From: Calcarisporiella thermophila CBS 279.70
Lineage: Eukaryota > Fungi > Calcarisporiellomycota
DNA length: 64,000 nucleotides
Reading direction: 5' to 3'
Assembly: GCF_041956535.1 (NCBI RefSeq)
Contig: NW_027192196.1
Span: 985,823 to 1,049,822 of the forward strand
Shown: one piece after another, positions 46,631-59,000 of the stretch
How positions within the stretch are numbered: the first letter of the stretch is position 1
How the letters are laid out: the number at the start of each line of letters is the position of its first letter
Program-made: the position numbers and the translations under genes
Notes under the pieces: generated by a model
What the model saw: the letters and a program-made list of their open reading frames with translations, nothing else
Databases searched by the model: none
What the model was told of the DNA's origin: nothing

Positions 46631-49600
46631 TCAGTGTTCTTCAAACTCCTTCAAATAACTCAATACACGCTTTTTATCGATCACACCCACGTATTTGCCA
46701 GTGTGAACAACGCAGAGATAGCGCAAGCCGAGCTTAGTGAAGAGCTCCATCACCAACTCGACGGACGCGTTTTTGTCTACTGCGAGTGGGGCCTAATCAC
46801 GCAACGATATTGATTCAGAAAAGGGCCAGTTAATCAAACTAGTGCACAACTCACATTATCCATATAGGGGGTGAAGTCGGTAAGGGGATCGGCGGGATAC
46901 TGTGCACCGCGCTTAAAATTGCACAGAACGGTGTCGCCGGAAGTGTTAATGCGTTCTGAAAAGAAGCAAAGATATGAGTGCATTGAGGATGAAGGATGCA
47001 AAAATAAGCATGCTAACCTAGGGCATGCTCAAGTTCATTGCATGCAATGTATCCGACTAAGTTCTCGCCTTCCAGAATGGGGATGCCGGAATCACCGTAT
47101 CCGCAGTCAACTTAATGTTTAGACGGTTTGTTTAATGAAGAGTTCACAAGGTTCAAAGGAATAGCAATTACCCATTCGAGCAAGCTTGGTCCTAAGTTGG
47201 CTGACAGTGTTTGGCTCGTTGACATCAATCGTCTCGACAAAAGTCTCGACAATGTCGATGGTGGATTTATGATGAATATGCTCGTGTTTGTTGTCAAGGT
47301 ATGGCAACCCATTTAGTTCTATTAGTTCATCATAGATGCCGTGGGGAGAGAGAGCGTCCGACACCCATTTTGCGATCTAAATACAACAGTGTTATCATAA
47401 AGGGCACAAAAAAGCCAGAATGACAAAAGGGCATTACCATTACGGCTATCATGATTGGCTATTCAATAGAATGGATAAGTGGATTCAATTAACACAAAGC
47501 TGCTCAATTATTATTTAAAAAAAATTTCAGTTGAGGGCTTACGAGAACGTATGTCAACCCGCCTGTCAGCTCGAACATGATCACAACCAAAGAGACTGCA
47601 ACCGCGTACAAAAATGTTAAAAAAAAATCCAAGTTGAGAAACTAGCTAAATATCGTGCTTACCAGTTGTCCTTGTTGCCCCTGCAAGTGTAGCGGCTGCC
47701 CCTACAATACCATATACACCAGGGATCACGCAGCTTCCACTCGAATTACAGCTAGAAAATACAGAGCTATCTGGGAATCGCCTAAGGGAAAGTTCAAGTC
47801 AATCTCAATAAAAAAAAGTATTTCAAAATCGTTCCAGAATCAGACTACATACATGGTAAGATATTGCATACAAAGACCGACAAGTCGCCCTGCAATGCCG
47901 CCCATCGTAAGCGAGGGAAGGAATATACCGGCAGGAACACGAATTCCGAACGTGAAAACAAGGAGGATTGAGCGAATCAAAAATGTTTGTAAGAGCAGCT
48001 TCACAACCGGCCACATTTGGCTAATTTGATTTCTAAAATAGAGGAGTTCGATACATTCGTCAGAATGCTGCTAGGATTTAAACCAGTAAAACTAAATTAG
48101 AAACACTTACACGCATAGCCCTTCGTTATCATCTGAGGGGGAGCATTCGTTAAATAGCTCGGAGGCAAGCTCGGTGAGGCCCATTCTACGGGATAAGTAT
48201 ATCATGCTAGCACAACTAGCTCTTCTGAAAATTAGAGTAGCAAATGTCTTTACCGTGTATAAGGGTTCCAAAAGCTGACTACCGCCGTTACTAGCGTGAC
48301 CACAAGAACTTCGGCGACAGGATATGAATTTAGCCATGAATTGCGGCGGAATCGCGACCAACCTATGTTGACTTTAGTAAACAGTACACCGAATAAACCC
48401 TAATCGGGTGCATATCATAAGTTAGAAATTTTACAGCTTCATACTCCAAATGCGAAATTTATCTACCCCAAAGATCCCTAGGATGAGGAATCCGGCAAGT
48501 TCGAAAAACTTCCAATCTCTATCATATGTCACTTGAAACATGACTAGCTTTCCGGTTCGGAAAGGATCGATGAGCTAAAAAAAGGGGGGAGGGACACTAT
48601 TTTAGAAAATTAAGCAAAAGTAAAAAGTGTTATTCATTACCTTTAGTGTAAAAGCAGCAATCAAAGCGCAGAAGTAGCTGCGAATCATAGTTTTTGCTGG
48701 GAAATAATAACTGACTTCCTCAAGAGAAAAGAGAACACCACCAACCGGGGCGGCAAAAGCAACCGCAACTCCAGCGGCAGCAGAAGCAGATAAGATTTCA
48801 CGACGCTTGCCTAATTTTCCAATTTAATAGATCAGACAGATAAATACGTTAAAGTTTTCCTTGGTTTTAAAAAGCACGTGAGCAAAATTATAGCGAAAGG
48901 GAAAATAACCTTCATTCTTGTTGTATTTGGTAAAAATTCTAGAGGCAATATTGCCGACGCAGCAGGCCACATGCACAAGTGGCCCTTCTTTGCCAGTATT
49001 AAGACCAGATGAGACAGAAAAGCACTGCGGAGCGAAAAGATTTGTTAGACTCAAATCCTCGAGTGTCAGAATACATTTTAATAAGATTTACCAAACCAAT
49101 CGCTTTGACCCAAAGTGTCTTAATGCCAAGGAAACCTCGAATAACGAACCCACCCAGTATGACCTTCACCTCTGGAATACCACTTCCAGCAGCGTAGTAA
49201 GAAATCTTCTTCTTATGGGGCAAATTGCGCGACTTAGTCGTGTTATGCTCAGCGGTGTATTTAACCATGAGAGCCGCCATAAAGCTGAGGCCAACCTAGT
49301 AGATGGGCAACAAGAATCGTTAGCTTCGAGTCATTCTGGTATTGAACGTTCAGGATGAATGGGTTGCTTACCGCCCACATGATATAGAAGAAAAAATCTA
49401 CCAGTATGGGGTCGATGTTAGTAGAACTAGTCGCCTCCGACCAAGAGACCCATTCGGGGCAAAACTCGTTCCCTGATGAGATCAAGTGGAATAAATTGGT
49501 TATAGTGAAGATTTTATAGAAGCGAAAGCGGTTTTACAATACCCGAGTGATTCCAGCAACAAAACTTGCGGTTAAACCGAAAATTGGTTGTGCAGTAGCC

Positions 49601-50335
49601 ATTCTTCAGGTCGGTCAACCATTCAGATACGATGGATATCAAGGCAGCAATACACGCAGTTATCACTCCGGTAATAGTTACGAGTAACCAAGCCTGTGAA
49701 CGATCCCAGACATTTCTCCAAGCAGCTCCCAATCCTTTAAATTGCCGCATTTTACGCACACGAATGCGTTCTTTAACATGATCGTGAATCCAATCTAGTT
49801 AATAACCATTAGGACTGATTAGAATTGGTCACATAAAGTAACTGGGAGTTGGCTTACCTATCGTCGTATAGTCATCTACCCACACACGAATGCCGTTGTT
49901 TTCTTCGAGAATTGCCTGCCTATCTTCATCGTATACCCCATTGCGTCGGTGTAGCCATCGCCTTCCTTTTTCACGGAAAGAGCGCGAGTCTTCAGAATGC
50001 GAGTGATGTCGCTTTTGGGAGCGGGCGAACTCATCGGAGGACAATGACCGCACTGGATGCCAGATCCGATGCCGACGATGCAAAGTGTTTCTAAATAGAA
50101 ACAATAATGTATAAAACCAATTACACATAGATTACCACTTCGAGAAAGACGTAGATACTTACTCGCCTACATTGACATTCTGCCCAAGAACAGAGTCATC
50201 AAATGAAACGCTGTTATATGTACTAGTTTGCCTAGTTCCTAGCAATGAGGTTTGTTCTGTGGCTTGAATGTTGCTCTCCACATCACGGAGAGTATCCGTT
50301 TCGAGCCTATTGTCTATATTCGAGGAATCCCCCAT
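46631..50335 (-). CDS. GEF1: CLC-family Cl-/H+ antiporter with CBS domains (many exons)
   Basis: DYTTIDWIHD, GSGIPE, GKEGP (gating Glu), [20 protein letters not shown] (proton Glu), [16 protein letters not shown] and C-terminal CBS pair. Confidence 0.94.
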
Positions 50336-50606
50336 CAAGAATTGTGTGGAAATGGTATGCAATAGAATAAATCAGTTCGATGAGTTATTATAATTGAAAA
50401 AAAAAAAATCTATCTAAACATTTATAATTTATAATTTAAGAATGAGCAAAAAAATACCGTGCGTTTTCTATTAGAACGTGCTTAAATGATCCAACTTTCT
50501 GAGTAGGGAACTCGGTGATCAGCGGAGAATCAAAAAATTAGAGAAAGAGGTGGCGACTTCGGTTTTTCCCTCCAGACTACTTTCGAACAAAAGCTGTTTA
50601 TCCACT

Positions 50607-52035
50607 ATGAAATCTCTTATTCGCTTCTCACTTGTTCACAACGTCCGCTCCTTACATACTTGCAGACCAGTTCTTTATCCCAGCATTTTCAGCGGAAAGC
50701 TGCAAACGCCTGCTGAAAAGCACATTACTGGAGAAGGAAGCAATGAAGGGCTCCCTTCAAAAGCAAGCGGCATCATCAACTCCATTTTGCATGGCTCCAA
50801 GCAGGCGAAAGATGAAGATCACCAGACGTATTCGAAGCTTCTTGCACGCGGCAAGTATGTTCACGAATTGCAGAGTACGTATAATCTGACGTGCTGGAAA
50901 GGAGAATCCGATGCTCTTCGAAACAATGGTGAACTATCTAAATATGATATATATTACTCAATAGAACATTGTGTCAAACCCGAACGCGTCGATGACTATA
51001 TCGCTTTAATGTAAATGATTATTTACTTTTACTAATAATCACAAGTATTAAATTTACTCGAGCTAGTTCTGAATATTTCCCACGGATTGCTAATGACCCT
51101 GAGAACCAAATCCATCTAACTGGGAGCTGGCAAACACAGATTGGAGATCTGGACTCATTTGGTAGAACGCTGTGCTTGTAAATTCTATTTCTTTTCTATT
51201 AATTCACACGTCTTTTTTTTTTTCTAAATCATCAATAGTTCACATTTGGGAGTTTAAAGGATATACCGGATATCATAAAACAATGGACCGTCTCGATAGA
51301 GATCAGGTAAGTCTGCGCTGGATTTATTAAATGCATCTTATATTGATAAGCTTATTTTTTTAAAAAATAAAAATTAAAGAGCTATCAAAATTTCGAGAAG
51401 CAACTTCGTCCGATGTTACGTTCTCGCGATAATCAAATTTGCCTGGAGTTTGCTTTCTGGGCATCGAGCCCGCCGAAAACCACAGGTGGAGTATACGAAC
51501 TTCGGTCGTACCTCCTTCGAGTAAGTATATGGGTTTCAAAGTGTGTTGATTAGAGATATTTACCGGATATTTTCGCCATTAGCCTGGCAATTTATTAGAA
51601 TGGGAGACAAACTGGTGAGTCTTGTGCGTACGTGCAATTTCTCTTTTTTTTTTCTTGATTTATTGGTATTCAATAGGCGGAAAGGCCTCGAGTGTCGCCG
51701 CCAATTCTGTGAGCCTGTAGGGGCGTGGTTTTCACAACTGGGAGCACTCAACTATGTTCACCACATGTGGTGCTATCCGTAAGTTGATTCGATTTATTCT
51801 TGCACAATAGTCCGAGAACTAACCAATTTTAACAAAGTGATCTGGAAAACCGCAAGATAACTCGCGAGCAGGCTTGGAAAGTGGATGGGTGGGCGACTAC
51901 AGTGTACAATACAGGTAGCAATATTTATGTTTATTGTTTCTGCTTGCTCATACTTACATTTGGATACTAGTTCGATTGATTGATACCATGAATGCCTCCA
52001 TTATGAAGCCACTACCTTTCAGCCCTCTGAAGTAA
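50607..52035 (+). CDS. NIPSNAP-family mitochondrial protein (many short exons)
   Basis: Basic presequence; YSKLLARGKYVHELQ, GSWQTQIGDLD, GGVYELRSY, PGNLLEWE, GAWFSQLGALNYVHHMW and PLPFSPLK. Confidence 0.92.
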
Positions 52036-52377
52036 GACATCTGTGGAGTCTCTGTTGCACCACTTATTATCTTTAACTCTCCATGTGACCTTATATTTTA
52101 TTTTCTCGTGACACATCACCCCTCTCTTAATTCTATGTAACTTTGGAAGAATGGGACATTTGAGTGATGTATCTTTCTTTTATTGGAAGCGAGCAAGAGT
52201 ATCCTGGAAACTTGGCTCATTATTCAAGATTAAAAAAATAAAAAAGAAAAAAAAGGAAAAACTGATATGGAAAAATTCATACAAGCATTGAAATATATAT
52301 ATTAAATATTGCATTGTATATCTGCATTTATGCTTATTGTGAACTGAACGTCAACTCTTACTGCAGCAGACAGACAT

Positions 52378-53195
52378 TTAAATCGCGCCTTCTTTGGCAA
52401 GTGGAGCATAGAAAAATCCGGCGACAAGCACCAGATAAGAGAGGATAAGGATCGAGCCCTTGAAGTAGTTGCTCTTGCCCTCTTGGTATGTATGAACTAA
52501 GAGAAATACGGAGAAGATCAGGGAAAACACATCCCACCGAGGAAACACTAGCCTGTCGAGCAAGAAAGCATAACAAACTTGTTATATCTCATATGCTTGA
52601 ACAATAAAAAAAAGGGCACCTACGTGAATGTATTGCGCAACAGCTCCTTCTTTCCCCAATTGATCCAGACTGAAAATGCTACCATCGCAGGAATCTGCAG
52701 TAAAATGACCTGCAGAGCATAAGCTGAGCCGATCTCCATACTGAGCGCCGTATTCCCATAGAGAGCAAAAGCAATTGCATTCATAAACTCGGTCACATTG
52801 GGCACCTAATAGAAGGCGGAAATCAACAGGCTATGAAGCAAATGCGATACAGAGAAAACGGAATAGGTAATTGCGTACCAGAGCAAAAATGGTCAGACCA
52901 ACAAACTTTTCATCGATGGAGGGAGACATTAGAATGACATCCACAGTATCAACAAGAATCTCTATAAAATCAGAGTTGTATACATAGGTTAGTGTCTTAT
53001 CTAACATGAGACTATTTAGAGCACCTGCCTGCTACAATCGAATATAGCACGGTACATGCAAGTAGCACAATGGCACTTTTGATCTTGCCCCAATTTGGCG
53101 AGTCATGTCCCGAATGGCCTTCATCGTCATCGTCGGGTTCCACTTCGTGGCGAATGGGCAATCCAGACAATGAGGAACTCATTTGATGGCCCTGT

Positions 53196-53232
<37 letters not shown>

Positions 53233-55808
53233 CTACAGACATTGCATGACTAGCAACGGCTGCTGCAATCTGAGCGACGTGTGCTATCGTGTCTATTCCA
53301 GGAATGGACAGTGAATGTGTCTCGGATCCAGCTTCACTTGCATTATAAGTGCCCCCAGTGCCATCTAACGTACGAGAGGACGAGGGTGCAAGTGTGGTTG
53401 TCCCTAATTGTGGGTTTTGTTGTATCTGTTCGTCGTCTGTTTGTTTATATGTATTGTTGATAGGATTAGATTGGTTATCTACACCCATATAGTATGTGTG
53501 AGTCGGCATAGAGTTCTCTTGAGTGCCGTTTCGAGCATGGTTTTGCTGCTGCTGGAAATGAGGTATCACATGGGCCAAAAGGCGGCGATAAAGAGACAGA
53601 TCCCTTCCATGAACCCAGCCGTCGTTGTGATGCGATGAGTGCCAAATGTGGCTGGCATGTGTACGCAAGCTGAACCAAAGAGCAATAAAATAGGCCTAAA
53701 TCACACCATATTCATTAATTGCGGATTGAAATTAGGAATTTAACAAGTTCTCGCATACCGAAGGAAGTACCGCCGCGCAAAAGTACATTAGAGGTTTAAC
53801 ATTGCTCTGGTAGAATGGGTCAGTATTGGGCGATGGCTGGGAGTAGAAACAACGCTTGCACTGCCAAGGCTCTTGAGAGGAAACACATTCAGTGCATTTC
53901 ATTTCAAACTGTTGATGTGAATTGAAGGGTTAAGTGGAGTTTGAGCATAAGAATATAAACTAGAATAATACCGTGCCGTATATTTGATAGATAAGCGTCG
54001 GGGTAAGTGATCCAACCAAAGCCATGATAAGCATAGTTGCAGTAACACCTATGAAAAAAAAAAATGAGCACAAAACCAGAGGTCAGCACAACTCTGCTCG
54101 AATTATAGGGCCGCGTACAAGTAATTACCTGCACTTTTCGCGTTAAATCTTTGTTCTTTCCTTTTTAGGCCTCCTGCCACCATAGATGAACCAGGCAAGA
54201 GTAGGACACCCGCGAGTAAACTTCCAATTATACTCCCCTCGACCAAATTTGCTTTCCCGTCCATCAGCGCAAAGGCATATAACACGATTTCAATGACACT
54301 GCCGAAAGTAGCGTTGATGACCGCTCCCATTCCAAGCGATGATTGAGCCGAAATGGAAGAGACCGCCATGCCAATAAAGTATGACAATGGAATGACGGAT
54401 ACAATTGCTAGTGTGAAAATGACGCCCGGTTGCGCAAAGAAGGATTGATGATTGCTCCACGGTGCAAGCACGTATTCAGCAAAAATGGTGAAAAACACAA
54501 CCGACATCAGATTAATAAATATGATGTTGATTCCATCGTACGTATATTTATAATATTGAAATCCAATGGCTTTGTACGTGCACAATAGAATAACTGAAGG
54601 TCGGGTAGTGATGATGGTGAGAGACGAGCCAGCGCGAAAGTGGAGTCGAAGCGGATATCGGCGGAGGTGGCGGTTCACTTGATAGGTGAGCTTTGCCATG
54701 GGAATCGTAATAACCATAAACCAGCAGAGGGTCGAGACAAAATACAGCATCGGCGCTTTAGTATTGCGTGGAAACAGTTTAGCATGTCGGTAAAATAATT
54801 ATCAATTTAGAATGGAGCGGTTTACATACCTATGAGAACAAAGTACCATATGTAAAATACAACACCACCAAAGCCGAGCTTACAGAGACTCTTAAAGCAG
54901 CTTGTAGGACTTTTTTTCAGGCTTTGGTCTTGTGACTTCATCTTCTTCTGGCTACCAAGCAGAGCATCACGTTCAGTGGGACCCGAATCTTCACCACGCT
55001 CAAGCTGCTCTAAATTTTCTGCGTTTCCAGGCAACGAGGATTCAAGTTCAACGCGGCCCAGATACTTGCCGAATGGCCAGAAGAGGTACCCAGCTAGCTC
55101 CTTCATCACTCTTCCGTATTCCTGGCCACCAGGGGTAAGCAGCAGGGCCGCAGCAACCACTAAACTCACCAAGCACATCCACCAGCCAAAAAATAGACAC
55201 CAAGCGATATTGCCCGGATAAAGGTAGAGTTCAGGAGAAGAGCTTGGCAGTGAATGTAGCGCGTATTTTGCATTGCGTACCACTGAGCGCGATTTTTTGT
55301 AAAGCGCGGGCTTCCATAATGGCAACCCGAATGGATGAGTAATGTTGATAGCCTACAAAGGGAAGAAGGTCATTCGATTAAAAATGTAAATAAAGTACGC
55401 ATTGATTGCAAATTTTACATCTTGTCTGTCCTTAATCGTCATTTCACGTTCGCTTTCCTCATCGTCCTCCTCCTCTTCATTCAAAACTCTCTCATTTTGT
55501 ATATCCTCCTCTTCCTCTTCATTTTCTTCATCTCTATGACGTCGGTGACGCCTCCGCCTTCGCTTGCTAGAGCTGTGATCAGAGGTATCCTCTTCATCTA
55601 TATCCTCACTGTTATTGGACCCGGAAGTTGAACTAATCGACGGGGAACGGTGAGACGAGCGACGGGAGAGCCGATGAGAGGACTGACGAGTGCGTCGTTT
55701 GCGCAAGCTGGGTCGCGTGGTGTGGGAAGTAGTAGCAGACCGAAGCGGCAGCTCACGCTCTGAACGCGGGCTGGGGCGATTCTCTAAATGCAACGAATCA
55801 CCCCCCAT
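52378..55808 (-). CDS. VNX1: Vacuolar cation/H+ exchanger, CaCA family type II with YccF domain (multi-exon)
   Basis: PLWKPALYKKSRSV, GNIAWCLFFGW...LFWPFGK, INATFGSVIE, PNVTEFMNAIAFA and EGKSNYFKGSIL. Confidence 0.94.
53192..53230 (-). repeat. Poly-Gln (CAA/CAG) tract in the VNX1 cytosolic loop
   Basis: 13 consecutive Q in the ORF track. Confidence 0.9.
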
Positions 55809-56039
55809 TAATATAATGCAATTAAGAGGAAAAAAGGAAAGGAATAACTATAATTTTAAGAAATTCTGTCTAAATGAATTTTATAAGGGCCATTCAAATG
55901 CATTTTGCAGTGACGTAGAAATCCCGTTCTTATCCCGGATTGGGATTATTCCTCTTCAGCGTTTGTCTCGTTTTTATCGCTTGCCGTTTTTTACACAATA
56001 ACAAACAGAAAAGGGTGGTGGTGGGGGAAGCCTAATACA

Positions 56040-59000
56040 ATGAATGATCCACCGGTATCTTCGAGCTCAGAAGATATAACCAATCCTAAACCAAGCCCTC
56101 CTAATGATCAACCGCCCGCAACCACTATGCCACATGCGGAAAATGCCAACAGTCATTCGCTATCACCATCGCCAAACCTTGATCGCATGACAAGATCGCA
56201 AATAAAACAGGCGATCATCGATACCATGGCTCCTCAGATACTCGGGTATAACGTCGATGTACGGAATGTCAAGCGCCGGCGAAAAGCAGCCGATGCATTG
56301 GACGGCAACTACTGGAGGAGCTTTAGTTTGCCATCCACGCCATCGAACGCGACACCCGACACGGGCACTGCAAACGGAAACGGCGAGGAAATCCAAATTC
56401 AACGAAGTGATCGTGATTTATCTGCAAGTGATTCATTTAAGAGGCGATCTAAATCACCAAACGTTTCTTTCTCAATTAAGAAAGAAGTTTCATCGACTAC
56501 CAAGCAGGCCATTGAAAATTCCCCATCGTCTCCATTAGCAAAGCGTCGCACTGAAGCCGATTTGTCATCTTCAGGAAAAGCAACAGAATCACACGCCTTA
56601 TCCGCTTCCCCAAATACCCCTACTCCATTCCAAAAAATCAAACGTGGGCCCGGAAGGCCGCGCAAGTATCCTCGACCCGGTGAATCTCCTGTGACCCCTG
56701 TGCCGAACGGAGAAAAGATCAGCTCAGCTCCATCCTCAATGTCTGAAGGTAGCTTAGCAATCTGTCAAACTCTTTTTCCCCAATTATGCTCATACTTGTC
56801 ATTCTTCCTAGGAAAACAAAGTTCTGATCGGAGAAGGACTAATGGGCGACCTGGCTTGAAAAAATCTGCCAAGTCCCCTTATAATATGACTCCTTCGCAA
56901 ATCCCACGAAAGCGTCGAAGACATTCTAGCTCGAAGCACCAACAGGATTCACCCTCGGCTAGCCCAGTAGATTCTATACAAATAGAGGATACACCCACCA
57001 CACCACTGGGCATATTGCGCAACGAATGGGCCCGCGAGCGAGAATCTCAGCTACAAGTTGTATTTAATAATCATGATTCTTTGGTCCGCGAATTGTGTCA
57101 TTTAGAAACGAGCATTAGCATGCTGGAGTACGATCCAGAAGCCATGAAATTAGAGAAAAATGAGAGTGTTTCTCAGGTATTTTGTTTGTTTGATTTATAT
57201 TATCGGACGCATCCGAAAATCATCTTTGCCCTCTCTTTCGTTGCTTACCTTTTTTTATTTCTCTCGCACACATAGTACCTCAAAACATATGATTTATGGT
57301 CCAAGCTTTCCGACCAACTGTTGAATTCATCACAAAATAACAGCAGATTCAGTACACGCCGTTCCGTAAACAGGCATCGGGATTCGCTTGTAAATATGCT
57401 TCGAAAATCAATCAAGCGTGGAGGGCAAGTCTCCAGTGCACCCGTTGAACCATGCTGTCCAGACGAGGCTATTTTCGACCCGTCAGTCCCATTTTTACCC
57501 CCCACACCAATTGCACATCTTGCGGGCAAGAAGAAAGAATTCGGCAGTCTCGAGAAATTGCTTGCTTCGTTCGTGACCTTGGATGAGGAGGAGATGACCC
57601 CCGAGCAAGCCGACGCTATTGCAGAGCGTGAGGCAAGCATACAAAACCGCATAAGTGCGTTGCGGCGCGAGGGTCGCCTGCTAGTACCCATGCGAGCGTT
57701 GAGAACAAGCTCCGAACCAGAGCGCCCCAAAACTCATCGTGACTTCATGTTGGAGCAAACATGCTACTTATCCCACCTGGTGAAGGAGGAAAGGCGGATC
57801 CATATTGCTCGCGCCCGCAAGCAGGCTCGCGCGGTGGAAAGGTACTTTGAAGCCCGACGGACCCAGGGACAACGGGACCGTAAGCTGGAGGAGAAACGCG
57901 TTCGTAAACTGGCCAAGTGGACGGCCGGCGAGGTGAAGAAAAAATGGCGCGAGGTGGAACAAGTATTGCTGGCAAGACACCGTGAGCTACTGCAAGAGGA
58001 ACAAGAGCGAGCCGGAAAGCGCCATCTGAATATGATTCTGGAGCACTCGACCCACATGCTTGGAGTCCAACAGAATGAGCTACGACGTCGCATGCTACTT
58101 GAGTTGAATGGCGATCCGTCGCAGGATGACACGATGCAATCCTCCCCCCTTCTGGAGGAGGATTCGGAATCCGATGAGGCTAGTGCGTTAGAGCCTTCCC
58201 ATAGCGATGACGAACTCCACAACCTCCGCGTTGAGAAAGATATGCCGCTGGAGCAGCTATTAGAGAGATACAGGGACTATATCGATGCTGCTGACGACGA
58301 AGCGACCGATTCCGGAGAGAGCTATCAGACTGAGGTCACGAACGAAGATGCCCCATCCGATAATGACGAGAAATCGAGCGACGAAGAGGCGGAATCACTA
58401 CGAGATGACAAGCTCGACATTGCATCCGTGGAGAATGAGGATTTGGCCGGATCCAACACCAATAATGGAGTGTCTGTAGAAGCACAAGATATCTCTTCCT
58501 CGTTACCAAATAAATCTGCCTCGCCGGAGGCCGCTGCCACTCGCGTACATGATTCACATGCATCCCTTGCCGAATTGACCGCCGAGGATGGCGATTTAGA
58601 TATGGCCGATGCAGAATACCAGATGAATATTGAAAAGGAGGCGCAGGCTGAGAGCGAAGGATCGCTGAGTGCAGCTGAAGCAGATACCGAGGATGATGAG
58701 AAAGAGCTGGGGGGGCTCAATGAGGACGCAAATATCCCCATTGAGCAACTTCTGGAAAAATACGGATATCCTGCTGCTTCCGACGCCTCTATGTCGTCGC
58801 CGAGCGAGTCGGAGATGGAGGAGATATCCATAGAGGAAACAAAATCGGAGGATGGCTCGCCATTGTCGAACGATCTCGACCCCGAGTTCCAGGTGCTCGA
58901 CACTCAACAGGAAGAGTTGCTGGAAGGAGAAAGCTCGATGGACGAGGTGGAGGCAGAGACCGAGGACGATGATGAAGAACTGCGTGGCCTTGCTGACGAT

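Noticed and set aside
46631-55808. Functional cluster of ion transporters (CLC, VNX1, MAM3) or ER redox genes (ERV2, TMX)
   Set aside because: Interspersed with unrelated housekeeping genes; no shared motif or synteny evidence visible.
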